NCBI GenBank assembly: GCA_027452045.1
Contig: DAIDHH010000083.1
Location: 2,139 to 66,138, forward strand
Source: Gammaproteobacteria bacterium
Lineage (GTDB): Bacteria; Pseudomonadota; Gammaproteobacteria; Steroidobacterales; Steroidobacteraceae
Direction of reading: 5' to 3'
Length of the DNA: 64,000 nt
This document shows positions 35,009 to 44,349 of this stretch, piece by piece. The notes below the pieces were generated by a model that ran no database searches, was not told the origin of the DNA, and saw nothing but the letters and a program-made list of their open reading frames with translations. Both the position numbers and the translations under genes were made by a program. Every line of letters begins with the position of its first letter. The stretch's first letter is position 1.

Positions 35009-35428
35009 ATGATGGGTCGACGACTTCATTCGCATTACCTCACGCTCCTGCTGCTGGCAGTGGTGGCCCTCGGGTACGGCCCGGAGGTCTGGGCGTGCCC
35101 CATGATGCTGTGCCCGACTCCGATACCGATGCACTGCCCCATGACGGGTCACCGTGCGCCGATGCCCTGCGGTGGCGCGTCGTTGTCCGGCGGAGTCTCG
35201 TGCGGGATGACTGGCGCCTGTGGGTGGGTGCCTGCCGGACCGGCCGCTCGAGTCAGCGGGATTGAAATCCGGAATGCGCATGCCCTCGCTCCGTCCGCGC
35301 TGGCATGGACTCCCACCTCTCCTGTGGCGGCGCATCGAAGGCCGCCACCGCAGGGACCCCCGCGCATCACCACCGTCTCATCGGCGGGACGCGACACCTA
35401 TCTTTCGACCCTCCGTCTGAGACTCTAA
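35009..35428 (+). CDS. Cys/Met/Pro-rich secreted protein (hypothetical)
   Basis: N-terminal hydrophobic segment, then CPMMLCPTPIPMHCPMTGH. Immediately upstream of the cusC-like gene. Weak coding support. Confidence 0.35.
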   Translation: MMGRRLHSHYLTLLLLAVVALGYGPEVWACPMMLCPTPIPMHCPMTGHRAPMPCGGASLSGGVSCGMTGACGWVPAGPAARVSGIEIRNAHALAPSALAWTPTSPVAAHRRPPPQGPPRITTVSSAGRDTYLSTLRLRL

Positions 35429-35509
35429 CACTCCACGTTGCGGATCGGTGCTTGCACGCCAAGCGCGTGCGGGCGCGTCATCGCTTGTGATCTGCAAACG
35501 GAGTGTCTC

Positions 35510-36811
35510 GTGCATCATCATTCGAAAAGCCTCGCCGGCGCGGTCGGTCTGGCGTTGTTCATCGCCGTGGGCGCAACTCATGCAGCGGATCTCGCCCGCC
35601 GGGACGGCTATGTGCCGCTTCCGGCACCGCTGACGGCTGAACCGTTCACCGCCGCGGTGCTTGCGCGCAATGCGAGTCTCGAGGCCATGCGTCAAGCGTT
35701 GGTCGCGGCGGTTTCCGACATCCGCCCCGCCGGCGCGCTGCCCGATCCGATGCTGAGCGTATCGGCGGCACCGCGTACCTTCGGCAGCGCCACGGGAACG
35801 GGCGAGGACATCGAGGTGAGTCAGGCGCTGCCCTGGTGGGGCACGCTCAAGGTGCGCACAGAGATCGCCCGGGCGGACGCGGAGGTGGCGCGTCACGACC
35901 TCGGGGCGCTGCGGCTGCGACTCGCGGCGACCGCGCGAGGGGTCTTTGCGGACTGGGTGTTCGTTCACCGCGCGCTCGCCATCAATGCCGCCAACCAGTC
36001 CGTCCTCGCCGAGCTACGGCGCATCGCCTCGGTGCGCTACGCCACGGGCAAGGCGCCGCAGTCTGATGTGCTGCAAGCAGAGGTGGAGCGCACCCTGCTC
36101 GCGCAGCAGCAGCTTAAGTGGCAGCGCAAAATCGTCGTCGTCGCAGCGCGCATGAATGCGCTGCTCGATCGGTCACCGACGTCGCCGATTCCACTGCCCG
36201 CGGCGTTGCCCGCGCCGGCACAACTGCCGTCCGAAGCGGCGCTCCTGCAGCGAGCGCTCACCCACCCGCAGCTGAAGGCGCTCGAAGCGCAAGAGCGCGC
36301 TGCTCGGGCGAAAGCGGCGCTGGCCGCCAAGCATCGCTACCCGCAATTTCAGGTCAGCGCCGGCTACAACAGTATGTGGCCCGATCCGGCCATGCGGCCG
36401 ATGGTAGGGCTGTCCTTCACGGTCCCGCTCGATCAGGGGAAGTACCGCGCGGAGATCGACGCCGCCCATGCGCAGGCTCGGCGGGCCGAATACGATCTCG
36501 AAAACCAGCGCGCCACCTTGCTGGCCGACCTCTCGGCCGCCTACGCCTCGACGCGCGAGGCGGCGAAGTCGCTCGCGCTCTATCGAGACGACCTCGTGCC
36601 GCTCTCGCGCGATGCGCTCGATGTGGCCCTGAGCGAATACGGCAGCGGCCGCGGCGGCTTTCTCGAAGTGCTGACCGCCGAGCAACACCAACTCGACACC
36701 GAACTCGGGCTCGCCCGGGCGCAATCGGAGTACTTCGATCGGTGGGCTGAGCTCGAGCGACTGAGCGGACGCGGACTTGCGATGCCCAATGAAACGGGGA
36801 CCTCGCCATGA
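35510..36811 (+). CDS. cusC: TolC-family outer-membrane efflux protein (CusC/CzcC-like)
   Basis: GTG35510 with ggag upstream (ORF 35438..36811). Two TolC-type repeats. Leads the B and A genes. Confidence 0.8.
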   Translation: MHHHSKSLAGAVGLALFIAVGATHAADLARRDGYVPLPAPLTAEPFTAAVLARNASLEAMRQALVAAVSDIRPAGALPDPMLSVSAAPRTFGSATGTGEDIEVSQALPWWGTLKVRTEIARADAEVARHDLGALRLRLAATARGVFADWVFVHRALAINAANQSVLAELRRIASVRYATGKAPQSDVLQAEVERTLLAQQQLKWQRKIVVVAARMNALLDRSPTSPIPLPAALPAPAQLPSEAALLQRALTHPQLKALEAQERAARAKAALAAKHRYPQFQVSAGYNSMWPDPAMRPMVGLSFTVPLDQGKYRAEIDAAHAQARRAEYDLENQRATLLADLSAAYASTREAAKSLALYRDDLVPLSRDALDVALSEYGSGRGGFLEVLTAEQHQLDTELGLARAQSEYFDRWAELERLSGRGLAMPNETGTSP

Positions 36812-38358
36812 AGACGAATTACCGTATGGCATTTTTCACGGCGCTGGCCGCCAATCTGCTGCTCCTCGGCGGTGCGGGTGCGCTGTGGTGGCGCTCGCAT
36901 TCGGCGGTGGTCTCGCACGTCGCCCCGGCGGCGGCCGCGGTCTTGGCGTCTCGGGCGAGCGCAAAAGTTGGGAATGGCGGGCCCTCGCAAGAGTCGCCGC
37001 TCGCGCCGGTGCAAGTCTCCTCGCAACAATTGCAGCGTATCGGGGTCAGCATCGGGGAGGTCCGGCGCAAATCGGTCAACGACGTGATCCGCACGGCGGG
37101 CAGTGTCGCGATCGATGAACGAGGGCTCGCGTACGCGCAGGTGCGCTTCGCGGGCTACATCCAGAAGGTGTTCGTCGATTCGACCTACCAGTACGTGCGC
37201 CGGGGACAGCCGCTCTTCACCATCTACAGCCCCGAGCTCTTGTCCACCGAGCGGGAGTACCTGCTGGCACGGGAGAGTGAGCGGCGGCTCGCGCGCAGCC
37301 CCGATCCGGCCGTTGCGCGCGATGCGGCGTCGCTGGTTCATGCGGCGGCCGAGCGGCTTGCGCTCTGGGGTATCCCACGCCGGGAAATCGAGCGACTGCG
37401 CGCGACGGGGCGAATCAGGCGCGACTTGGTCATCGACTCTCCGGTGTCTGGCTACGTCACGCAGCGCGAAGCGCTGCCCAACGCGTACGCCGAGCCCGGA
37501 ACGCGCCTCTACACGGTGGCGAATCTCTCGACGATCTGGGTGTTTGCCCACGTGTTCCAGAACGCTCTCGGGCGGCTCAAGGTCGGCGATCGGGCGCGCC
37601 TCACCGTCGACACGTACCCGGGACGGAAATTCACGGGACGGGTGGATTTCATCTACCCCGAAATTGATCCCGCGACGCGCACGGCGCGAGTGCGCCTGCG
37701 ATTCGCGAATCCCACCCTGAAGCTCGTGCCGGGCATGTTCGTCAACGTCTCGCTCGAGGTCCCGATGGGTGAGCAGGTGGTGATTCCGGCCTCCGGGGTG
37801 CTGCAGACGGGCACCCGGCAGATCGTGTTCGTGGACCAGGGTGACGGGTATTTTGTGCCGCGCGATGTGCGTCTCGGCGCCGAGGTCGGCGATGAGTACA
37901 TCGTGCTCAAGGGCCTCAAGCCCGGCGAGCGCATCGTCACCTCGGCGAACTTCCTCGTCGATTCCCAAAGCCAGCTGCAGGCCGCGTTGTCCGCGTTCGC
38001 ACCGCCGCCCGCGGTACCCCGGACCGCCCGTGCTCCACAGGTGCGTCTCGCCGTATCCCTGCAACCGAACCCGCCCCGCGTCGGGCGCAATGTCATCCAC
38101 GTGACGCTCACCGACCGCCAGGGCGAGCCAGTCAATGGTGCGCAGGTGAGTGCGACCTTCGTGCTGCCGGGGATGCCGGCCATGGGGATGGCAGGCAAGC
38201 AGGTTTCGGTGCAATTGAGTCCGGCCGGAAACGGCGCGTATCAGGGCTCGGTGAACCTGACGGGAGGCGGCACGTGGCAAATCGCGGTCGTGGCCCGAAA
38301 GGGAAGTCAGGTCTTGGCCACCCATCAGCTTTCGGTCGATGCGGCGGGAGGGATGTAG
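36808..38358 (+). CDS. cusB: RND periplasmic adaptor (CusB-like) with an extra C-terminal Ig-like (FixH/YtkA-type) domain
   Basis: ATGA overlap with the upstream gene. YVRRGQPLFTIYSPELLSTEREYL. The C-terminal roughly 110 aa reads VTLTDRQGEPVNGAQVSATFVLPGMPAMGM... Confidence 0.85.
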   Translation: MKTNYRMAFFTALAANLLLLGGAGALWWRSHSAVVSHVAPAAAAVLASRASAKVGNGGPSQESPLAPVQVSSQQLQRIGVSIGEVRRKSVNDVIRTAGSVAIDERGLAYAQVRFAGYIQKVFVDSTYQYVRRGQPLFTIYSPELLSTEREYLLARESERRLARSPDPAVARDAASLVHAAAERLALWGIPRREIERLRATGRIRRDLVIDSPVSGYVTQREALPNAYAEPGTRLYTVANLSTIWVFAHVFQNALGRLKVGDRARLTVDTYPGRKFTGRVDFIYPEIDPATRTARVRLRFANPTLKLVPGMFVNVSLEVPMGEQVVIPASGVLQTGTRQIVFVDQGDGYFVPRDVRLGAEVGDEYIVLKGLKPGERIVTSANFLVDSQSQLQAALSAFAPPPAVPRTARAPQVRLAVSLQPNPPRVGRNVIHVTLTDRQGEPVNGAQVSATFVLPGMPAMGMAGKQVSVQLSPAGNGAYQGSVNLTGGGTWQIAVVARKGSQVLATHQLSVDAAGGM

Positions 38359-41300
38359 ATGATTGCCCGAATCCTGCGCTGGTGCGCGGCGAACCGCTTC
38401 CTCGTCTTCACCGGGACCCTCCTCGCGATTGCGGCAGGTCTCTGGTCGATGAGGCATATCCCAATCGATGCGCTGCCGGACATCTCCGACGTCGAGGTCG
38501 TCATCCACACCCGCTGGGCGGGTCAGCCACCGAGTCTCATCGAAGATCAGGTGACCTACCCCATTGTCACGACGCTGCTCGCTGCGCCACGGGTGAAGGC
38601 GGTGCGCGCCCAGACGATGTTCGGCGACTCATACGTGTTCGTCGTGTTCAAGGACGGGACGAACCTCTACTGGGCCCGCTCGCGAGTGCTCGAGTACCTG
38701 CAGCAGATCGAGGGTCGCCTCCCGCCAGGGGTTCACCCCGAGATGGGGCCGGATGCGACCGCCGCCGGGTGGGTCTACGAATATGCGCTCGTCGACCACA
38801 CTCACCGCTATAGCCTCGCCGACTTACGCACCCTGCAGGACTGGTACCTGCGCTACCAGCTCGAGACCGTGCCGGGGGTGGCGGAGGTCGCCTCGATCGG
38901 CGGCTTCGTCCGCCAGTACCAGGTGAATCTCGACCCCGACAAGCTGCGCGCCTACGACATCCCGCTCTCGCGTGTGATCGAGCGCATCCGCGCGAGCGCC
39001 AACGAGGTGGGCGGCGGCGTGCTCGAGCTCTCGGGCGCCGACTACATGGTGCGCGGGCTCGGGTACATTCGATCACTCAAGGATCTCGCCGACATCCCCG
39101 TGGCCGTCAAGAACGGCACACCGGTGCTGGTGAAGGACCTCGGGGTGGTGAATTTCGGTCCCGCGCCGCGCCGCGGTGTTGCGGAGTGGCAGGGCGAGGG
39201 GCAGACCGTCGGCGGCATCGTCGTGATGCGTCAGGGCGCGAACGCCCTCCAAGTCATCCAGGCGGTGAAGGCGAAACTCGCCGCCATCGCCCCCTCACTT
39301 CCGCCCGGCGTTTCGATCCGCACCGCCTACGACCGCTCCGGCCTCATCGAGGCGTCGGTCCACACCCTCGAGCGCGATCTCATCGAAGAGGCGCTGGTGG
39401 TGAGCCTGGTGATCGTGCTGTTCCTGTGGCACTTCCGCTCCGCGCTGATCCCGATTCTTTCCATCCCGATCGCGGTCATCGCCTCATTCATCCCGATGTA
39501 CTTCCTGCACGTCTCGAGCAACATCATGTCCCTTGGTGGCTTGGCGCTCGCGATCGGCGTGCTGGTCGATGCCGCCATGGTCATGGTCGAAAACGGCTAC
39601 CGCCGGCTCGCCGAAGCGGATGGCGGCGCCGAGGGGCCGCCGGCCAATGGCCCCCCGGGCGAGGCCGGGGGAGCGCTGGTGGGTCAGGGCGGTGCTGCGC
39701 TCTCGGCCCCAGCGCCGCAGGACCGCCGAGCGCTGCTACTTGGCGCCGCCGAGCAGGTGGCCCCGGCGCTCTTCTTTTCCCTGATCATCATCATCGTCTC
39801 GTTCCTGCCGGTGTTCTTGCTCCAGGGACCGGAGGGGCGGCTCTTCACGCCGCTCGCTTGGACGAAGACACTCGCGATCGCCTGCTCGTCGATTCTCGCG
39901 ATCACGCTGGTGCCGCTGCTGATGCCGCTCTTCATCCGCGGTCGATTGCGGCCGGAGTCGCACAATCCCATCTCCCGCATCACCCGCGCGCTGTATTTAC
40001 CGGTGCTCAAGCTCTGCCTGCGCTATCGCCGCACGGCGCTCGCTGTGGCAGTGATCGTCCTTGCACTCACGGTGCCGCTTGCCCAGCGCATTGGCAGTGA
40101 GTTCATGCCGGCGCTCTACGAGGGATCCGTGCTCTATATGCCAACCGCGCTCCCGGGTCTGTCGATCACGCAAGCGACGCAGCTGCTCCAGGAACAGGAC
40201 CGCATCATCCGCTCATTCCCGGAGGTCAAGTCCGTGTTCGGAACCGCGGGGCGCTCGGACAGCGCAACCGACAACGCCCCGCTCGACATGTTCGATACCA
40301 CGATCATGCTCAAGCCCCGCAGGCAATGGCCCAGCGGGATGACCTACGCGAAGCTGATTGCGCAGATGGACGCGAAGCTGCAGTTTCCCGGACTCACGAA
40401 CACCTGGACCATGCCGGTCGCCGGCCGTCTCGACATGGAGCTCACCGGGATCAAGACGCCCGTGGGCCTGAAGATCCAGGGGCCGAGTCTCGCGGGCATC
40501 GCGCGATTGGGCCGGCGCATCAGCGACCTGCTCACCCGCCTACCCGGTGTCGAGTCGGTGTTCGCCGAGCGTGTCGCGCAAGGCCTTTACATCAACATCG
40601 CGGTCCACCGACTCGAGGCGGCCCGCTACGGCCTCACCGTCGGGGATGTTCAACGCGCCATCGAGTCGGGTATTGGCGGCGAGGATATTGCCGAGACGGT
40701 GCAGGGCCGCGAGCGCTTTCCCATCAACGTGCGCTACGCCCACGACTTCCGTAACAACCTGCCGCAGCTCGAGCAGGTCGTGATCGCCACTCCAACAGGA
40801 GCCCAGATCCCGCTCGGCGAAGTGGCGACGATCACCTTCTCCCGGGGACCTTCCATGATCCGGGACGAAGGCGGTGAGCTCACGGGGTATGTGTATCTCA
40901 ATCTCAGCACCTCGAACTACGGCGGCTTCGTGGCGCGTGCCAACAGGCTCCTTCACGAGAAGCTCACGCTGCCTCCCGGCTATACCTACAAGTGGTCCGG
41001 CCAGTACCAGTTCGAGAGGCAGGCGAAACAGCGCCTGGAGCTCATTCTCCCGGTCGTCTTTGTGGTGATCTTCCTGCTCCTGTATCTCCTGTTCCGCTCC
41101 ATGGCCGAGGCGGCCCTGCTGTTTTTCCCCGTCTTCTTCGCGCTCATCGGCGGACTGCTGCTGCAATGCCTGCTCGGCTACGAATTCAGCGTCGCCGTGG
41201 CCGTCGGGTATATCGCTCTTTTTGGTATCGCCGTGGAAACCGCGGTGGTCATGCTCGTGTACCTGCGTGGCGCGCTCGAGGCGCGCCTAAAATCGCACTA

Positions 41301-41604
41301 CGCTCTGACGCCTGAGGACCTCACCACGGTCGCCATCGACGGGGCCGTGCTGCGCCTTCGCCCGGTGCTCATGACCGTCTGCGCCGTCATCGGCAGCCTT
41401 GCGCCCATTCTCTGGGAGACGGGGATCGGCTCGGATGTGATGAAGCCGATCGCCGCGCCGATCGTCGGCGGCATGGTAACCGCGACGATTGCCGTAATGA
41501 TCCTGGTACCAATCCTGTTCGTCATGCTGAAGGAGCATGCGCTCCGTCGCGGGACGCTCGCGAATGAGGGTGCTGGGGCTGCCTTCGGGGAGGCACGGCG
41601 ATGA
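38359..41604 (+). CDS. cusA: heavy-metal efflux RND pump, CusA-type
   Basis: 1081 aa. TM4 motif LAIGVLVDAAMVMVEN is the monovalent-cation HME type (no DFG..DG). Confidence 0.9.
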   Translation: MIARILRWCAANRFLVFTGTLLAIAAGLWSMRHIPIDALPDISDVEVVIHTRWAGQPPSLIEDQVTYPIVTTLLAAPRVKAVRAQTMFGDSYVFVVFKDGTNLYWARSRVLEYLQQIEGRLPPGVHPEMGPDATAAGWVYEYALVDHTHRYSLADLRTLQDWYLRYQLETVPGVAEVASIGGFVRQYQVNLDPDKLRAYDIPLSRVIERIRASANEVGGGVLELSGADYMVRGLGYIRSLKDLADIPVAVKNGTPVLVKDLGVVNFGPAPRRGVAEWQGEGQTVGGIVVMRQGANALQVIQAVKAKLAAIAPSLPPGVSIRTAYDRSGLIEASVHTLERDLIEEALVVSLVIVLFLWHFRSALIPILSIPIAVIASFIPMYFLHVSSNIMSLGGLALAIGVLVDAAMVMVENGYRRLAEADGGAEGPPANGPPGEAGGALVGQGGAALSAPAPQDRRALLLGAAEQVAPALFFSLIIIIVSFLPVFLLQGPEGRLFTPLAWTKTLAIACSSILAITLVPLLMPLFIRGRLRPESHNPISRITRALYLPVLKLCLRYRRTALAVAVIVLALTVPLAQRIGSEFMPALYEGSVLYMPTALPGLSITQATQLLQEQDRIIRSFPEVKSVFGTAGRSDSATDNAPLDMFDTTIMLKPRRQWPSGMTYAKLIAQMDAKLQFPGLTNTWTMPVAGRLDMELTGIKTPVGLKIQGPSLAGIARLGRRISDLLTRLPGVESVFAERVAQGLYINIAVHRLEAARYGLTVGDVQRAIESGIGGEDIAETVQGRERFPINVRYAHDFRNNLPQLEQVVIATPTGAQIPLGEVATITFSRGPSMIRDEGGELTGYVYLNLSTSNYGGFVARANRLLHEKLTLPPGYTYKWSGQYQFERQAKQRLELILPVVFVVIFLLLYLLFRSMAEAALLFFPVFFALIGGLLLQCLLGYEFSVAVAVGYIALFGIAVETAVVMLVYLRGALEARLKSHYALTPEDLTTVAIDGAVLRLRPVLMTVCAVIGSLAPILWETGIGSDVMKPIAAPIVGGMVTATIAVMILVPILFVMLKEHALRRGTLANEGAGAAFGEARR

Positions 41605-41775
41605 TGAGCCGATCGCATGACGAGTCCGCCCGCTCCGTGCCGCATCGCGCGCCGCCGCCTTTGCCGTGCGGGTTGTGTGAAATGCGGCCGCGTCCAGACG
41701 GTTTATGCGGGCCCATGCCCGATGTTTCCCGCGCGGCAGCCGTTGGCTGCCGCCCATTCGATGGAGGTGACTACC

Positions 41776-41967
41776 ATGAACAAGCGAGTCTTGATCCCTT
41801 CGGTCCTTGCAGGCGTCTTGCTGGTATCGGCCACGGCCTTCGCCGTGACAGATGCCGAGCTTCAGGCATGCTTCAAGGCGCATAGCCAGCTGATGGAAAA
41901 GCCCGCGCTGCGCAATCTCTATACCTGTTGGCGGGTGCACGGGTACCTGATGAACAGAAAGTCGTAG
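41776..41967 (+). CDS. 63-aa secreted protein, paralogue 1
   Basis: ggagg lies upstream of ATG41776. MNKRVLIPSVLAGVLLVSATAFA|VTDAELQACFKAHSQLMEKPALRNLYTCWRVHGYLMNRKS. Confidence 0.5.
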   Translation: MNKRVLIPSVLAGVLLVSATAFAVTDAELQACFKAHSQLMEKPALRNLYTCWRVHGYLMNRKS

Positions 41968-42073
41968 ACGGACGGCATCGGGAGCGCCGGTGCTCGGTGC
42001 CGGCGCTCGCCGCTCTCGGGTGCGATAGGTGGGGCGGGACCCGCCCCCACTGCAGTCCTCCGCGAATTGCCGC

Positions 42074-42131
42074 CTACGCGACGGCAGGGTACCTCGCGAT
42101 ATACCTCTCCGAGGGGCTGCAGCATCTGCGC
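42074..42131 (-). pseudogene. 3'-terminal remnant of an RND pump gene (paralogue of 44203..47301)
   Basis: The minus strand reads ...MLQPLG as in the intact gene, then diverges after an internal deletion of about 88 nt. No upstream body. Confidence 0.6.
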
Positions 42132-42314
42132 CTTGGACGAGATAATCGCGCGGGTTCCCGCAGTTCTTGTAGCGTCGAATCTGGTGGGACACGCGGATCA
42201 TTGCCGGAGCTTCAACGACCGTTCAACGGCCGCGAGCCGTGCGGCAATTACGAATGCGCCGCGGCGGCGCGATGAGAGAACATTGATCTGTTGTAAGATA
42301 CTGTCAGGTGCATT

Positions 42315-43685
42315 ATGTTTGAGAATAAGTACAAATGGACTGTGCGCCCGCTTCCTGGCGCAGTCATGATCGGACTCGCCGCGCTTGCTCTCGTGCCCAG
42401 GCAGGCTTGGGCGATTCCCTCGTTTGTGCGGCAGACCGGCATGTCATGCGCAGCGTGTCACACGGTCGCTCCTGAGCTCACCCCATTCGGCCGCCAGTTC
42501 AAGCTCCGCGGCTACACGATGGGCGAGCAGCTAAAGTCGAAGCCGTTCCCGTATGATCTTCCGTTGGCGATGGGGTTGCAGATCGGCAATACCCACGTGC
42601 GCAACCCACATCGGGGCGCGAATGTCAGCACGGATTTTCCGCGCGCGCAGAAAACGATCGTGCAGCAAGTCGCCTTCTATTACGGGGGCAGAATTGCCGG
42701 CAAGCTCGGCGCCTTGGCTCAATACAACTGGGATGGCATCGGGCAGAGCTGGGGAGCTGAGATGGTCGACATCCGCTATGCCGGCAGCGTCGTACTTTGG
42801 GGAAAAGAGCTGGTGTATGGCGTGTCGGTCAACAATTCCCCTACGGTGGGAGATGTCTGGAATACCTCTCCGATGTGGTCCTTCCCGCACCTGCAGGATG
42901 CGGGCATCCTGCCCATGGCGACCTCGCTCATGGACATGACGCTCGACAATCAGGTGGGCGGAGTCGCCGGATACGCGGATTATGACGGCCAGTTCTATCT
43001 CGAGTTTGGAGTTCTGCGCAACGGCCACACGAGCATCTTCCGTGCGCTCAATTCTGGCGACCCGCTCACTACGGCGGTGGAGGGCACCGCGCCGCACATA
43101 CGGTTTGCATGGGAGAAGGACTGGGGTGTGAACAGCATGGAGATCGGTATGGAGGCCCTCCGGGCGGACGTCTTTCCGAATCCGCAGACGCTGAGCGGAC
43201 GCACGGACCGACTTACCGATCTCGCACTCGACGGGCAGTACCAGTATATCGGCGTGAGGCACCTGTTCTCGCTGCAGGCATTCTTCGATACCGAGAAGCG
43301 GGACTGGAGCGCAAGTTTCCCTATCGGCCTGGCGGCGAATGCATCTGACAGACTCAATACGTTCAAGCTGAACACTCATTACTGGTATGAGCGCAAATTG
43401 GGTGGCGGTATCGGGTTCTTCGATTACTGGGGCAGTCATGACATGATCAAGTACGGGATGGTCAGCGTGCCGAGTGCCGCTGCGAATGCAACCGGCAGCC
43501 CGGATACACGCGGCTGGATGGTCGAGGCGGACTATTTGCCCCTAAAGAACACCCAAAGCATCAAGATCGGCCTGCGGTATACGGCATACACTACGTTCAA
43601 CGGGAGTGCCAACAATTATAACGGCTTCGGACGCAACGCCTCCGATAATGATGCGTTGTTCTTGTACCTGTGGGCGTTATACTGA
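42315..43685 (+). CDS. outer-membrane beta-barrel protein with an N-terminal single CxxCH haem motif (Cyc2-like fused cytochrome-porin candidate)
   Basis: Signal peptide ...VPRQAWA. IPSFVRQTGMSCAACHT. Long Gly/aromatic-rich alternating sequence. C-terminus LFLYLWALY. GC lower than flanks. Confidence 0.6.
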   Translation: MFENKYKWTVRPLPGAVMIGLAALALVPRQAWAIPSFVRQTGMSCAACHTVAPELTPFGRQFKLRGYTMGEQLKSKPFPYDLPLAMGLQIGNTHVRNPHRGANVSTDFPRAQKTIVQQVAFYYGGRIAGKLGALAQYNWDGIGQSWGAEMVDIRYAGSVVLWGKELVYGVSVNNSPTVGDVWNTSPMWSFPHLQDAGILPMATSLMDMTLDNQVGGVAGYADYDGQFYLEFGVLRNGHTSIFRALNSGDPLTTAVEGTAPHIRFAWEKDWGVNSMEIGMEALRADVFPNPQTLSGRTDRLTDLALDGQYQYIGVRHLFSLQAFFDTEKRDWSASFPIGLAANASDRLNTFKLNTHYWYERKLGGGIGFFDYWGSHDMIKYGMVSVPSAAANATGSPDTRGWMVEADYLPLKNTQSIKIGLRYTAYTTFNGSANNYNGFGRNASDNDALFLYLWALY

Positions 43686-43731
43686 TGCGCACCGCACGTA
43701 GAGGTCTCGCGCTAAAATCAGCGGTAAATGC

Positions 43732-44349
43732 GCCGATCGCCTCGCACTGACGAGTCCGTCCGCTCTGCGCCGCATCGTGCGCCGCCGCCGTTGCCGCGGG
43801 GGCTGTCTGAAAACGACCGCATCCTGACTGTCTGTGCCGATCCATGCCCGATGTTCTCGGGGCGCCAGCCGTTAGCTGTCGCCCATTCGACGGAGGTGAC
43901 TACCATGGACGAGCGAGTCTTGATCCATTCGGTCCTTGCCGACCTCATGCTGGTGTCGACCGCGGCCTTCGCCGTGACGGATGCCGAGCTTCAGGCATGC
44001 TTCAAGGCGCATAGCCAGCTGATGGAAAAGCCCGCGCTGCGCAATCTCTATACCTGTTGGCGGGTGCACGGCTACCTGATGAAGAGAAAGTCGTAGCCGG
44101 ACGGCATCGGGAGCGCCGGTGCTCGGTGCCGGTGCTCGCCGCTCCCGGGTGCGATAGGTGGGGTGGGACCCGCCCCCACTGCAGTCCTCCGCGAATTGCC
44201 GCCTACTCGACGGCGGGATGGCTCGCTATATACCTCTCGTGCAGTCTCACCAGCAGGTAATACACCACGGGTGTGGCGATGAGGGAGAGCAGCACCGAGA
44301 AGCACAGCGCGCCGATGACAGCGATTCCGAGGGGCTGCAGCATCTGCGC
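43732..44349. repeat. direct repeat copy B (overlaps the small ORF and the 3' end of the intact RND gene)
   Basis: By-eye alignment with 41608-42131. Confidence 0.75.
43905..44096 (+). CDS. 63-aa secreted protein, paralogue 2
   Basis: The mature part is identical to paralogue 1 except the last residues (…GYLMKRKS). The signal peptide differs. Confidence 0.5.
   Translation: MDERVLIHSVLADLMLVSTAAFAVTDAELQACFKAHSQLMEKPALRNLYTCWRVHGYLMKRKS

Larger units (their letters stand above)
41608..42131. repeat. direct repeat copy A (about 0.52 kb), paralogous to 43732-44349
   Basis: By-eye alignment. Shared small ORF, shared downstream sequence, and the same RND 3' end, with about 88 nt missing relative to copy B. 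Confidence 0.75.
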
